The notes beneath the pieces are model-generated. The model saw only the letters and a program-made list of their open reading frames with translations. It had not been told where the DNA came from and did not search any database. Both the position numbers and the translations under genes were made by a program. Below are positions 1-13,170 of a stretch of DNA of 64,000 nt, piece after piece. Origin of the DNA: Hypanus sabinus (taxonomy: Eukaryota); the NCBI RefSeq assembly GCF_030144855.1, contig NC_082731.1, positions 25,234,001 to 25,298,000 on the forward strand, in the 5' to 3' direction. The stretch's first letter is position 1, and each line of letters starts with the position of its first letter.

Positions 1-2264
1 GACTGCATAATACCTGCCAATTTGATTTTATTTGTGCTTTTTCAGGAATTTTGCTCGACTTGAAGCGGACTTCTTGAAGCAAAGAAAAAACAGTGTACCA
101 TCTGTTAGGGGCACATTAATGAGCTTCCTGTGTTAGAAGGAACAGGTCGATCCGCAGTGAAAGACAGAATTCTTTTTAAATGTCATGACATATTTTGGCA
201 ATGTATGATGATCAGTCCTGATTAGGTTGAATTACAGTTGGTCTTTGTACCAGCGGGACAAGTGTCGAATCACTATGCGTCATCGAAAAATACTTTGCAT
301 ACGAAATGAGATTTTGTGATTTTTCTCAGAGCAGTTAGGTACATCAACACCTCACTAATCTCAAGATGTACAAGGAAATATCCCAGAATGATTTAATTTT
401 CCATTCCTTCAAAATGAGAGGACGATTATAACTAAAGGGGTTTCCTGAATTTTTGTACAGGATACATTTGCAGAGCATGTCACATTTGCTTCAGAGTCTA
501 AATGACAGAAGCTGTAACATACATCGTGAGTTGAAAGGTAGAAAATCATGAAGGGTAAATCTAGTAGTATTGTCGGTCCCTCATCCTCAAAAATGTACAA
601 ATAAGGTTAGTTCATTGCACTGATAAACCGTTCCAGGGTACTAAGAATACCGATTATTCATTCACAGAAATGGACTGGGCATTTGAGATTTCAGTGGCCG
701 TTCGGTTGGCATTAGTCAGAGCCAGGGATGACTCTCACTTTGCTTTCTGCAAACAGATTGACTGTCGTTATGAGCGGGCAGTAATGTCTACGAATTATTC
801 AAAATCACTGTGCGATGCTAGACTGACAATAAAACGCCTCATCAATTACAGAGTACTCAGAATGTCGGACATGGGAAATGTTGAGTTTTGAAAAAATGCA
901 ACATGTGAAAAACTGCTGAAAATTGAAAATCAAGTGATAATTGATAAAGGAAACGTAGAAACAATGACAAAGTACTGCACACATGCTGAAAATCAATAAA
1001 ATAATAAGGAGCCCACAGGTCCATATTCGTTTGTTATAGGTTTAATCTGTGTAGGAATGAAAGACAGAACGATATATTTTATTAAGTGTTCCTTCATAGA
1101 AACGTAATATGCTATTAAGTTTTTCTGCAATCTCGTATTTCACAGCAACCATGAAGGAAAAATATTTTCTGTACAGAATGCTGTACAAAATGTTCAGAAT
1201 GATGTACAGAATACATCAGCTAATTTTGCTGCTCTACTGCGTCCAGCGTCTCAAGTTATTCGATAATTATTCTGTACTTGATTAAAATATTCCCGTGGAC
1301 AAACATATTATTTCCAAGTTTTCCTTATTCAACACACCTTTCTTCTTTGAGAACCTGCCAGTATTTTGTGCATGCAGGAACATGCCGGTATTACCTCCAA
1401 GCATTATCAAGAATATTTGTCCGTTTCACGTTAATGAAAACATGCAAAAGCGCATTATCCTTCTTTTGTTGCCGTGCACGCACTTATCAGCAGAAAACAA
1501 ATGGGAAACTATCCTTTAACACTCTCCAGAAGATTTTTTGCGGGTGTCTGAAAATCAGCCTCTGCAGCACTTTTATTGTGGTGTTATCATCAACGTCAGC
1601 ACAGCATATACATGTTATACTGGTACTGAGAGTTGTTTTCTTTCCCCCCTTTTTCTTTTACAGCGGCGCAGGAAGTACCCTCTCCAGAGAAATATCTATG
1701 TCAGTTCGAATTTCAAAGTTGAGAGTGAACTTTTCTTTCAAAGTACATATATACTAAGCAAAATCTAGAGTATAACACTACTCACAGTCAACGAGAGAAA
1801 ACCTAGAGTTCAGAAAACAAACTGTGCAAACGTAAATACAAAATAACTATTAAATAAGAATAGCATGATATATTAAGTCTCAAGGTCTTTAAAGCACGTT
1901 GTTGCTGCCTCTCAATAAACGTGCAGACAATTGTCGTTATCCATTATGTGGAAGAGAGTGATGTCTGTGGGGTAGTAACTGCACTTGGGCATGCTGGGGC
2001 AAATCCTGAGGCTGACTTTTTCTACCTGATGTCACATTCGAAAACAACGTTTGGTGGCGCTAGTGGTATCGATGTGTTCAATGCTTGGAAGGACCTGAGC
2101 CATGATGTACTGGATACAGCACATTATTCTCTCCATGAAAGTAACTCAGCATTCCACGCGCTGACTCCTAAGTCAATTAATCTGCGGACGGGTATCCTGA
2201 GCTCATCGTTCCCCTGCCGTTCAGCCAATGCAATCGAGGGATCGGAGAAGGCAGGTCACGTCTG

Positions 2265-5200
2265 ACAGTATGATCAACAAATCAAATGTTGGATGGAATG
2301 GCCACATGAGGGTAGGATCATTTATAGAGAAAAGTGGGAAGATGTCCCTGGATGTTGTGAAAGTGAGCGAGGCTCTCAATGAATACTTCTCTTCGGTATT
2401 CACCACTGAGAGGGAATTTGATCACGGTGAGGACAATATGAGTGAGGTTGATGTTCTGGAGCATGTTGATCTTAAGGGAGAGTAGGTGTTGGAGTTATTA
2501 AAATACATTAGGACGGATAAGTCCACAGGGGCTGACGGAATATTCCCCAGGTTACTCCACGAGGCAAGGGAAGAGACTGATGAACCTCTGGCTAGGATCT
2601 TTATGTCCGCGTTGTTCACGGGAATGTTATCTGAGGATTGGAGGGAGGCGAGTATCGTTATCTTGTTCAAAAAAGGTAGTAGAGATAGTGCAGCTAATTA
2701 TAGACCAGTGAGCCTTACGTCTGTGGTGGGAAAACTGTTGGAAAAGATTATTGGAGATAAGGTCTGTTCTGGATCTAGAGAGTCACGGTCTGACCAGGGA
2801 CAGTCACAATGGCTTTATGAAGGGCAGATCGAGCCTATCAAGCCTGATAGATTGCTTTGAGGAGGTGACCAGGCATATAGATGAGGGTAGGGCAGGGGAT
2901 GTTATCTACATGGATCTTAGTAAGGCACTTGACAAGGTTGCAAACGGTAGGCTTATTCAGAAAGTCAGAAGGCATGGAATCCAAGGAAGTTTGGCCAGGT
3001 GGATTCAGAATTGTCTTGCGTCCAGAAGGCAGAGGGTCGTGGTGCAGGGAGTACATTCAGATTGGAGGGTTGTGACTAGTAGTGTCCCACAAGGATCTGT
3101 TCTGGGACCTCTACTTTTTTTGTGATTTTTATTAACGACCTGGATGTGGGGATAGAAGGGTGGGTTGGAAAGTTTGCAGACGACACAAAGGATGATGGTG
3201 TTGTAGATAGTGTAGAGGATTGTCGAAGATTGCAGAGCGATTGATAGGATGCTGAAGTAGGCTGAGAAATGGCAGATTGAACTCTACCCAGAGAAATGTG
3301 AGCCGGTATACTTTGGAAGGACAAACTCCAAGGCAGACTGCAAAGTAAATGGCAGGGTACTTGGTAGTGTGGAGGAGCAGAGGTATCTGGGGGTACATGT
3401 CCACAGGTCCCTGAAAGTTGCTACATATGTAAATAGGGTAGTTAAGAAATCTTATGGGGTGTTAGCTCCATAAGTCGAGGGATAGAGTTTAAGAGACGCG
3501 ATTTAATGATACAGCTCTATAAAACTCTAGTTAGGCCACACTGGGAGTATTGTGTCCAATCCTGGTCGCTTCACTATAGGAAGGATGTGGAAGCATTGGA
3601 AAGGATACAGAAGAGATTTTCCAGGATGCTGCCTGGTTTAGAGAGTATGGATTATGATCAGAGGATAAGTGAGCTAGGTCTTAACTCTTTGGAGAGAAGG
3701 AGGATGAAAGGAGACAGGATAAAGGTGTACAAGATATTAAGAGGAATAGACGGAGTGGACAGCTTGGCTTCTTGCACAGGGCACCTCAGCTCTGTACAGG
3801 AGGACATGGCTTTAAGGTAAGGGGACAGAAGTTCAAAGGGGATAGTAGAGGAATGTTTTTCACTCAGATAGTGGTTGGTGCGTGAAAGGCACTACCCAAT
3901 TCAGTGGTGGAGGCAGATACACTAATGAAGTTTAAGAGACTACTAAACAGGTATATGGGAGAATTTAAGCTGGGGTGTATATGGAAGGCAGTGTTTGGGG
4001 GTCAATAGAATAGGCGCAGAAGTAGACCATTCGGCCCCTCGAGTCTGCACCGCCATTCTGAGATCATGGCTGATCATTCACTATCAATACCCAGTCCCTG
4101 CCTTGTCCCCATAACCCTTGATTCCCCTATCCATCAGATATCTATATAGCTCCTTCTTGAAAGCATCCAGAGAATTGGCCTCCACCGTCTTCCGAGGTAG
4201 TGCATTCCACACCTGCACAATTCTCTGGGAGAAGAAGCTCTTCCTCAACTCTGTTTTAAATAACTGACCTCTTATTCTCAATCCATGCCCTCTGGTACTG
4301 GACTCTCCCAACATCTGGAACATATTTCCTGCCTCAATCCTATCAAATCCTTTAACTATCTTAAACGTTTCAATCAGATCCCCTCTCAATCTCCTCAATT
4401 CCAGCGTGTACATGCCCAATCTCTCCAATCTCTCTGCGTAAGACAGCCCTGCCATCCCAGGAATCAACCTAGTGAATCTACGCTGCACTTCCTCAACTGC
4501 CAGAATGTCCTTCCTTAAACCTGGAGACCAAAACTGTACACAATATTCCAGGCGTGGTCTCACCAGGGCCCTGTACAAATGCAAAAGGACATCCTTGCTC
4601 TTGTATTCAATTCCCCTTGTAACAAAGGCCAACATTCCATTTGCCCTCTTCACTGCCTGTTGCACTTGCTCATTCACCTTCATTGACTGGTGAATTAGGA
4701 CTCCTAGGTCTCTTTGCATTTCTCACTTACCTAACTCTACACCGTTCAGACAATACTCTGCCCTCTTGTTCCTGCTTCCAAAGTGGATTACTTCACATTT
4801 ATTCACATTGACTGACATCTGCCAAGTATCTGCCCACTCACCCAGCCTATCCAAGTCTCCCTGTATTCTCTTAACGTCCTCTTCGCATGTCACACTGCCA
4901 CCCAGTTTAGTATCGTCAGCAAACTTGCTGATATAGTTTTCAATGCCCTCATCTAAATCATTGACATAAATCGTAAAGAGCTGTGGTCCCAATACAGAGC
5001 CATGTGGTACCCCACTAGTCACCTCCAGCCAGTCCGAGAAACACCCATTCACTGCTACCCTTTGCTTTCTATCTGCCAACCAGTTTTCTATGCATGTAGA
5101 AACCCTGCCCCCAATGCCATGAGCTCTGATTTTACTCACCAATCTCCTATGTGGCACCTTATCGAATGCCTTCTGAAAATCTAGGTATACAACATCCACT

Positions 5201-6205
5201 GGCTTACCCTCGTCTAACATCCTTGTTACACCCTCAAAAAACTCCAGCAGATTAGTCAAGCATGATTTGCCCGTGGTAAATCCATGCTGGCTCGGCCTAA
5301 TCCTATTTCTGCCATCTAGATGTGCCACTATTTCGTCCTTAATAATGGACTCAAGCATCTTCCCCACGACAGAAGTTAGCTTAACAGGGCGATAGTTCTC
5401 CGTTTTCTCCTTCCCTCCCTTCTTGAAAAGTGGGATAACATTAGCCACTCTCCAACCTTCAGGAACTGATCCTGAATCTAAGGAACATTGGAAAATGATT
5501 ACCAATGCATCCGCAATTTCCTGAGCCACCTCTTTTAGAATCCGCGGATGCAGACCATCTGGACCCGGGGATTTATTAGCCTTCAGTCCTACCAGTCTAC
5601 TCATCACAGTTTCTTTCCTAATGTCAATCTGTCTCAATTCCTCTGATATCTTATGACCCTGGCCCATCCATACATCTGGGAGATTGCTTGTGTCCTCCCT
5701 GGTGAAGACAGATCTAAATTACGCATTAATTTCTTTTGCCATTTCCCTGTTTCCCATAACAATTTCTCCCAATTCATTCTTCAAGGGGCCAACATTGTTC
5801 TTAACTATCTTCTTTCTCATCACATAGCTAAAAAAGCTTTTGCTATCCCCTTTTATATTCCTGGCTAGACTGAGCTCATACCTGATTTTTTCTCCCCGTA
5901 TTGATTTTTTATTTAAGATCTGCTGCTCCTTAAAACTTTCCCAATCATCTGTATTCCCACTCATCTTAGCCCTGTCATACTTCTTTTTCTTTAATGCTAT
6001 ACAATCTCTGACTTCCTTTGTCAACCACTGTGGCCCCTTCCCCCTCTTTGAATCCTTCCTTCTCATTGGAATGAACTGCTTTTGCATCTTTTGTATTATG
6101 CCCAAGAATATCTGCCACTGCTGAGCCACTGGTCGGCATATCATTGTGGGCTGAAGGGCGTGTAATGTGCTTTACTATTCTATGTTCCTTGTATGTTCTA
6201 TGATT
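2265..6205 (+). mobile_element. 5'-truncated CR1 LINE (RT region and 3' UTR), interrupted at 4004-6130 by a second CR1
   Basis: NYRPVSLTSVVGKLLE, YMDLSKALDKV, VPQGSVLGP and FADDT motifs with frameshifts; 3' UTR resumes at 6131 (GGTCGGCAT...GGGCTGAAGGGC...TTCTATG). Confidence 0.9.
4004..6130 (-). mobile_element. Young 5'-truncated CR1 LINE nested in the previous CR1
   Basis: ORFs 4084-4719, 4723-5667 and 5719-6144 encode the CR1 RT and C-terminus (KFADDTKLGG), with only one stop between the first two; CTATT tail at 4004; GGTC on both sides. Confidence 0.93.
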
Positions 6206-6779
6206 AAGTTCGTAAGAAATATCATGTGCATCGAAGGTCACTTTGAAGCATGGAACGGAAATTAAAACGGCTTGCCAAAAAATAAAATGCAGCCTCATCA
6301 TGCTGCGACTGTTTGGTTGACAAATCATAGACCAGAAAGCATGGAAGGAAATTTCGCAGAGTATATCAAAATATGACGATCGCCACCCTGCGCAGGTCTA
6401 GCCTAAGTGCAGAGTAAGAGACACTGAAGCATGTCGAGAGATCTCAGACATTAATGCGATGTGTTAAAGGGAAAGAAAGCAATAAACACTATGCCAAACA
6501 AGGCCGTTAACTAAAACTCTCAAATGGAAAACGAATCCTACACTGTGGTATGAGAGAACAACTAAACATTAAACAAATACGGCTAGTTTTCAGATTCAGT
6601 GGACTGCACAGTCCAATTTCTCAGATAAAGCCGGAATGTAGGCAGGGAAGTGTTGCTGTCTCCTGGGTTCAAATCTCGACAAACATTACGTCGTAACGAA
6701 TACAGTTAAATACTACCAAACTGCAATTATATTTATCTGACCCGTGCATATTCTCGAGTGCGTTTGCCGAATCTTTGGT

Positions 6780-9225
6780 TGTGCCACTGCAAGTGTAAAA
6801 GGACTCTGATAGTAGCTATATACAGACCTTCCGACAGTCGCGCGGAGTTGGCCAACAGATTACAAAAGGAATCAGTAAAGGTTGTTCAAAACAGCAATGT
6901 TACGATAGTCATGGGAGGCTTTACCTCGCAGGTCGATTCGGAAAAGCACGTTAGCAATGGAGAGTGAGTTTGTTGAATGCTTAATACATGTTATTTAGAG
7001 CCCTTTGTCTTTGAGACTACTATGGGATCGGTAATGCAGGATTGGTTGTTATGTAAAGAACCGGGAACAATTAGTGAGTTAAAAGAACCCTAGGATCAAT
7101 TGATCACATTATGATTGAGTTCAGCTTCAAATTTGATAAGGGGGAAGTCAACTCTCGCATAGCAGTGTTTCAGTGGGTTATGGGAAATTACTGTGGTATT
7201 AAAGAGGTGTTGGTCAAAGTAAAACGGAAGGAGCTGCTCGAAAGGTTCTGAGCAGAGCCGCAGTGGTGTCCGTTTATGGGTACAATGAGGATAAATATGT
7301 ATACTCCAAAAATGAAGAAATACTCAAATGGCAATATTGCACAATCGTGGCTGACAAGTGAAGTTAAAGATAATCTAAAATAAAAAGGAGGCGTACAAAA
7401 AAGTAAAAAATAGTTACAGGATTTGGACGTGTTTAAATAGCTGCCGAGAGCAACTAAATGAATGATTAGAAGGGGTCGAAGACACATGAAAGGAAGCTAG
7501 CAGATAATATTCAAGAGGATAGTAAAAAAAAAATTTGAATGATGTAAAACAGAAACAGAAAAAAGTGAGAGTGGATATAGAACCGGGATCAAATGTGGCA
7601 CAGAAATAATAATGGGGTACAGAGATATGGCAGATGAGCGAAATGAGGATTTTTCATCTATCTGTACTGTTGAAGACACGAGCATTGTTCTAGCTGCTGA
7701 GTATATGAATTAATAGAACATGGTTTAGTTAATATTACATGGGAGAAGCTGCTCAAAAAGCTGGAAGACCGACAGATACAAAAGTGACCCTAGGTGTGTG
7801 AAAGAGGTAGCTTTAGAGATTGTGGCGGCATTAGCAATGATCATTCAAGCGTCATTGGACTCCAGCATGGTGCCAGACGACTGGAACATTTAAATTGTCA
7901 ATCCACTTTTTTAAGAGAGAAGGAAAGCAGAAGAAAGGAACCTATAGACAATTTAAACTGACATCAGTGGTTGGGAAGAGTCATTTGTTGAGGCTGAGGT
8001 GATGGAGTACTTTGGAACAAGGGACAAGATAACCTAAAATCATTATGGTTTCCTTAAGGGGAAAAATTGCCTGACAAACGGGTTGGAATTCCTTGATCCT
8101 AATATATGTTGTATATTTGGACCTCCGGAAGGCCTTTCACAAGGTGTCCACATCATTCTACTTACCAAGTTAAGAGATAGTTTTATTACAGAAAGTTAGA
8201 AAATTGGTTGATTGGAAGAAGGCAGGGAATGGGATAATGCATTACTTTCTGTTTGGCTGCCAGTGACTGGTAGTTTTCCGCATGGGTTGTTGTTGAGATC
8301 AGTTCTGTTTATGCTGTGTATAAATGATTTAGATGATCAAATACTTAACTTTTTGGTCAGGTTTGCAAGTATTACGGAAATTAGTGGAGAAGCAGGAAGC
8401 GTTGAGGAAACAAGTCGCATGCAGGAGGACAGTTGGGAAGAATGGGCTAGCATGTGACAAATGGAATTTAATGTTGGAGAATGCATGGGTATGCCCTTTG
8501 GTAGCAGAAATACATTTTCGTACTATTTTATAAACGGGGTGAAAACCAAAACTCTAAGATGTACCAGGACTTGAAATTCCTTGTGTAGAATCTACTGAAG
8601 ATTAACTTACCGATTGAGTCGGTGGAGAGGAAGGCAACTGCGGTATTAGCAATCATTTCAGAGTGCTACAATGCTAGGGCAGGAACAGTACGCTGAGAAT
8701 TTATAGGGAATGGTGAGGAATCAGCTTGCGTAATGTCAACTGTATAGGTTTGCTCAATTTGGAAAAAAAAGTGTGCTGGTATTGGAGATGATTCAGAGTA
8801 GGTTCACTCGGATGATTCCAGGAATGGAAAGGTTATCACAGTGGGATGATTTGATAGCTGCGGGTCTTTTCTCTCTGCAGTTTAGAAGGATGAGGGGAAT
8901 CTCACTGAAGCCTTTCGAATGTTAAAAATCCTAATGAAGGTAGTTGTGGAAAGCATGTTTTCATTGGTGGCAGAGACTAAGACATGAGTGCATAGCCTCA
9001 GGATATAGGGGCGCCTATTCAAATAACAGAGATGCGCTGAAATTTCTTTTGCCAGAGGGTGGTGAATTGTGCAAATTATTGCCACATTTAGCTGTGGTAG
9101 TCAGGTCGTTGGGTGTATTTAAGGGAGAGATTGTTAGTTTCTAAACTGGCCAGATCATCAAATGTTACTGGGAGAAGACAGGGAAGTGGGGTGTAGGTGG
9201 TGAAAAGAACATGGATCAGCCATAA
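6780..9225 (+). mobile_element. Old degenerate CR1 ORF2 (endonuclease to 3' end), present in both duplication units
   Basis: LIVAIYRP and IVMGGF endonuclease remnants plus RT remnants; paralog at about 51260-53790. Confidence 0.8.
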
Positions 9226-11485
9226 TTTGGAGAAGGAAGTCGGAGGATCAGAACGGGAGTACGGCGGGAGCCATTTTGATTTTTTCTTCTTCTCATCGGA
9301 GTTAACAGTGTCGGGACTGCGCAGGTGTGTGACGTCGGGCAGTGATTCGGGGAAGAATTAAAACGGACAGAAATTCTGAATCGGGTTTCATTTGGAGAAG
9401 GAACTCGGATGATCAGAACGGGAGTACGGCGAAGCCATTTTGTTTTTTTCTTCTGCACATGGTAGTTAAGAGAGGCAAGAATGCGCAGGCGTGTGACGTC
9501 GGACAGTGAAGCGGGGAAGATTTAAAAAGGACACAGCCTTTTTAAAGCGGGCAGCAGAGTGAACTAGGAGCAGAGTGTGGGTTTAAGGGTTTGGCTCAAC
9601 GGGCTTAGGCGGAAGTGGGCGAGGACAGGTAGATTTAGGTTCCAGTTTTTTCTGCTATTTGAGGAAAGGGGAAGTATGAATGAGAGGGCAGCTTGTTGTT
9701 CTCGCTGTCGAATGTGGGACGACCTAGAGTTTCCTAGCCGCCTAGACGTCCACATTTGCAACAGTTGCTCTAAGCTGCAGCTCCTTAGGGATCTGGAGCT
9801 GCAGCTTGATGAACTTCGTCTGGTCAGCAGGAGTAAGGAGCTTATAGGGTGGAGTTGCAAGCAGGTGTTCACACTGGGGCCACGGGAGGCAGACAGTTGG
9901 GTTACTGTTAGGAGGGCGAAGGGGAAGAGTTAGGTACTAGAGAGTACCCCAGTGGCTGTACTCCTTTGAAATAAGAACTCCTGTTTGAGTAATGTGGGGG
10001 GGGGAGTGGCAGCCTACCTGCGGGAAGCAACAGTTGCGTGACTCCGGCACAGTGTCCGGCTCTGTGGCTCTGAAGGGTAGGGAAAGGAACAGGAAGGCAA
10101 TACTAATAGGGTACTCGATAGTTATGGCGATTCTGTGGACGCGAACAGGAGATCCGGATGGTATTTTGCCTCTCTGGTGCCAGGGTCCTGAAAGTTTCTG
10201 ATCGCGTCCAAAATATCCTGAAGTGGGAGGTTGTTGAGCCAGAGTTCGTAGTGCATATAGGTACCAATTACATCGGTAGGAAAAGACAAGCGATCCTGAA
10301 TGGAGAAATATAGGGAGTTAGAAGGCAGTTGAGAAGAAGGACCGCAAAGGTAGTAATCTCGGGATTAATGCCTGTGCCATTCGACAGTGAAAGCAGGAAT
10401 GGAATGAGCTGCAGGATAAATACGTGGCTGAGTGATTGGAGCAGAGGGGAAGGATTCAAGTGTCTGGATGATTGGGACCTCTTTTCGGGCAGGAGTGAAC
10501 AGTACAAATAGGTCGCGTTATATGTGTATCGCAGGGGCACTAATTTCGTGGTGGGAAGTTCTAACAGAGCTGTTAGGGAGGGTTTAAACTAATTAGGCAC
10601 GGAGATGGGAACCGTAATGATGGAGCGGAGGAGAGGGAAAACAGTAATAAATCTAAAATCGTGAGCAGTAAGGATATCAGGATGGACAGGCAGGTAATGG
10701 AGCAAATTTGCAGCTATTGGGAAGCGCTGCAGTGCAATAAATGTAGAAGGTGCCAAAAACTGGACCGAAGGTGTTATTCTCAAATGCACGCAGCCTTAAG
10801 ATTAACCACCAGGTTGAGTCACTGGTGACGAAGGTGAATGCAATATTGTCATTCATTTCAAGAGGAATAGAGTATCGGAGTAAGGATGTGATTTTGAGGC
10901 TCTATAAGGCATTGTTAAGACCTCACTTGGAATACTGTGTGCAGTGTTGGGCTCCTTATTTAAGAAATGATGTGCTGACATGGGAGGGGGTTCAGAGAAG
11001 ATTCACTGGAATGATTCTGGGAATGAGAGGGTTAACATATGAGGAACGTTTGAACGCTGTTGGACTGTACTCCTTGGAGTTTAGAAGAATTAGGGGTGAC
11101 CTCATAGACAGTTTTCGAACGTTGAAAGTTATGGACAGAGTGGATATGGCAAAGTTGTTTCCCATGGTGGTCGAGTGCGGCAGGCCACGACTTGAGGATT
11201 GCAGGGCGTCTATTCAGAACAGAGATGCGATGTTCTTTTTGTCAGCTGGTGGTGGATCTATTGAATTTCTGGCCACGGGCGGGAGTGGAGACCAATTCAT
11301 TGCGTGAATATAAGGCAGAGATTGATGGGTATCTGATTAGTCAGGGCATCAAAGGCTATGATGAGAAGGCGGGGGAATAGGTCTAAAGGGGAGATTGGAT
11401 CAGCTCTTGATGAAATGGCGGAGCCGGCACAATTGGCCGAATGGCTGACTTCTGTTCCTTTGTCTTATGGTCTTAAGGTCTTATG
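9226..11485 (+). mobile_element. CR1 derivative with repeated 5' UTR, ORF1 and internally deleted ORF2
   Basis: ORF1 CSRC...CNSC zinc finger, coiled coil and SGNH-esterase remnants (VHIGTN); ORF2 start KVLFSNARSL joined directly to the C-terminal ILSFISRGIEYRSK; CTTATGGT tail; absent from unit B. Confidence 0.85.
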
Positions 11486-11784
11486 ATTGAAGCAAATTTG
11501 GTAGGCCTAAAACCATAACATCTGTTTCTATAGCTTATGGTCTTACGATCTTACCTGAATTAGGTATCATGAATTCTATGACCTGTTATTTCTACCTATG
11601 ACTCCGATGTGGTTAAAAATAATAGCCTCATCTGGTAACTACTGGCATATATCGAGCAAAACTGAATCTTGTTTAGAATCTCAGTGATCACACAAACGTT
11701 TAAACATAAGCAAGGTTTTAACATTTCACTTTTTGCATTCTTCTGCAATTGTTCATGTACACCCGGAGGACTGTTGTACACAAA

Positions 11785-11830
11785 GAAACACACACACACA
11801 TCCCACGCACACACACACACACACACATTC
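11785..11830. repeat. Imperfect (CA)n microsatellite
   Basis: Direct inspection; the paralogous site falls in the N-gap at 54024-54203. Confidence 0.9.
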
Positions 11831-12689
11831 ATATATAGCTACCCACGGACACACATAAATTGCAAAGGACAATCGTTCCATTACATTTATGATAATCGTT
11901 CAGAAATGAAGATTGTAAAATCGTTTATAAACCACTTGTGCATTAGGTCCCGGTAGGCACCTGATAGTGGCGATGTGCTGGGGGAAACACTGTCTCACAA
12001 GATTATGAAGTGTCCTTTTCGTTTCAATATTAGGTCATGTAGACATCATGAACTCATTACAATCCATATGCCGTTAATACCATGCGCGGCAAAGTTTTCT
12101 TTCTGATGGCGTGCATCTCTGACAGCCTTCAAGCTAGCTGTTAGTTACTCAGTCCATTTCCATGATCCAAATCAAGACAGACGATTATAGCGAGCGTGAG
12201 AGTCATAGGGTGAGTGACAGTGATATTTTGAAGGTGGGAAAAAGGTATCAGAGAAAGAGAGACTGACGTGTTTTTTCGCTTCATTTTGATTCTACGCTGC
12301 ATGACTTTCTTCAATGCCTCCTGAAATAAATTAACAAATACTTCTATGCAGTCATTTATAATCCGCACTATCAAAATACACTGGATAAACTTGGCTCATT
12401 GTCCATCAACAATATTTTGAATTAAGCAGAACCGACGATGTACTCGTAACGGTGCAGAAGTACATCGGCTCATCTGCATATCATTGCAGGCAATGTTGTG
12501 TGAGTTTTCTCGCAGCTGGCTTTGTTGATACTGCAAGTAATGTTATTGTGTGTACAGACAAATCATTTCGTCGAATTTAGCTAGACAGTAATCTGAGTTT
12601 ATCGCACACATTATCTCGTAAATCAACAGCAGGATGACGAACAATACTGAGGAACAGTATCAGACACACAAACAAATTTTACCGTCGGG

Positions 12690-13170
12690 CCCTCACACTT
12701 TCTCCAAATCCACGGTGTATCCATGTGAACCCTCGCGTGCTGCCCTCGCCCTGGCCGCCTCTTACTCCGCTATATCTATTTTTTGTCACCTACGAAGAAC
12801 AGTCCATGTCCCGAAACCACGCTGGCAATTTTCCAACGTCCCCCAACTCTTTCTATTCTACACGGACGGCTGTACTGGCGTTGATGCAGGTTCCCTTTTT
12901 GACCTCGTGAATTTCATTAACTTTGCCTCCAAATTCCATGGTGCCATTAAAATAATTTGTTCCATTTCTGACACTTTCTCAACATTCTCTATCACTTTGA
13001 CTCCATTCTTGGAGGCATCTAGACTTGGCTGATGATTCATTTATTTACCTAGTGACACTCTCAGTTACATTGATGAGACATCCTTTCACCCTGGCACGTG
13101 TCAATTCAGTCATTTCCTTTCCGCAGCTGCCCCGTCTTTTCGTATTTATTCAAAGGACGAGGCAATTCTC
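12690..13170 (+). mobile_element. Penelope-like retroelement RT relic upstream of NAR V1
   Basis: LFYTDGCTG...FINFASKFH...SISDT resembles the elasmobranch Penelope RT FRYIDDCIG...FINFASNFH; the paralog reads YTDD. Confidence 0.65.

Noticed and set aside
1380-1600. V-like fragments (TYQQKTNGKL, LKIS.LQ, FYC) in ORF 1278-1757
   Set aside because: Spacing is far too short for a V domain, the unit-B paralog has a stop, and there is no RSS; probably chance.
6541-6547. CACTGTG heptamer
   Set aside because: No nonamer at 12 or 23 bp; the paralog reads CACTGCG.
10028-10034. CACAGTG heptamer
   Set aside because: Inside CR1 ORF1, with no nonamer.
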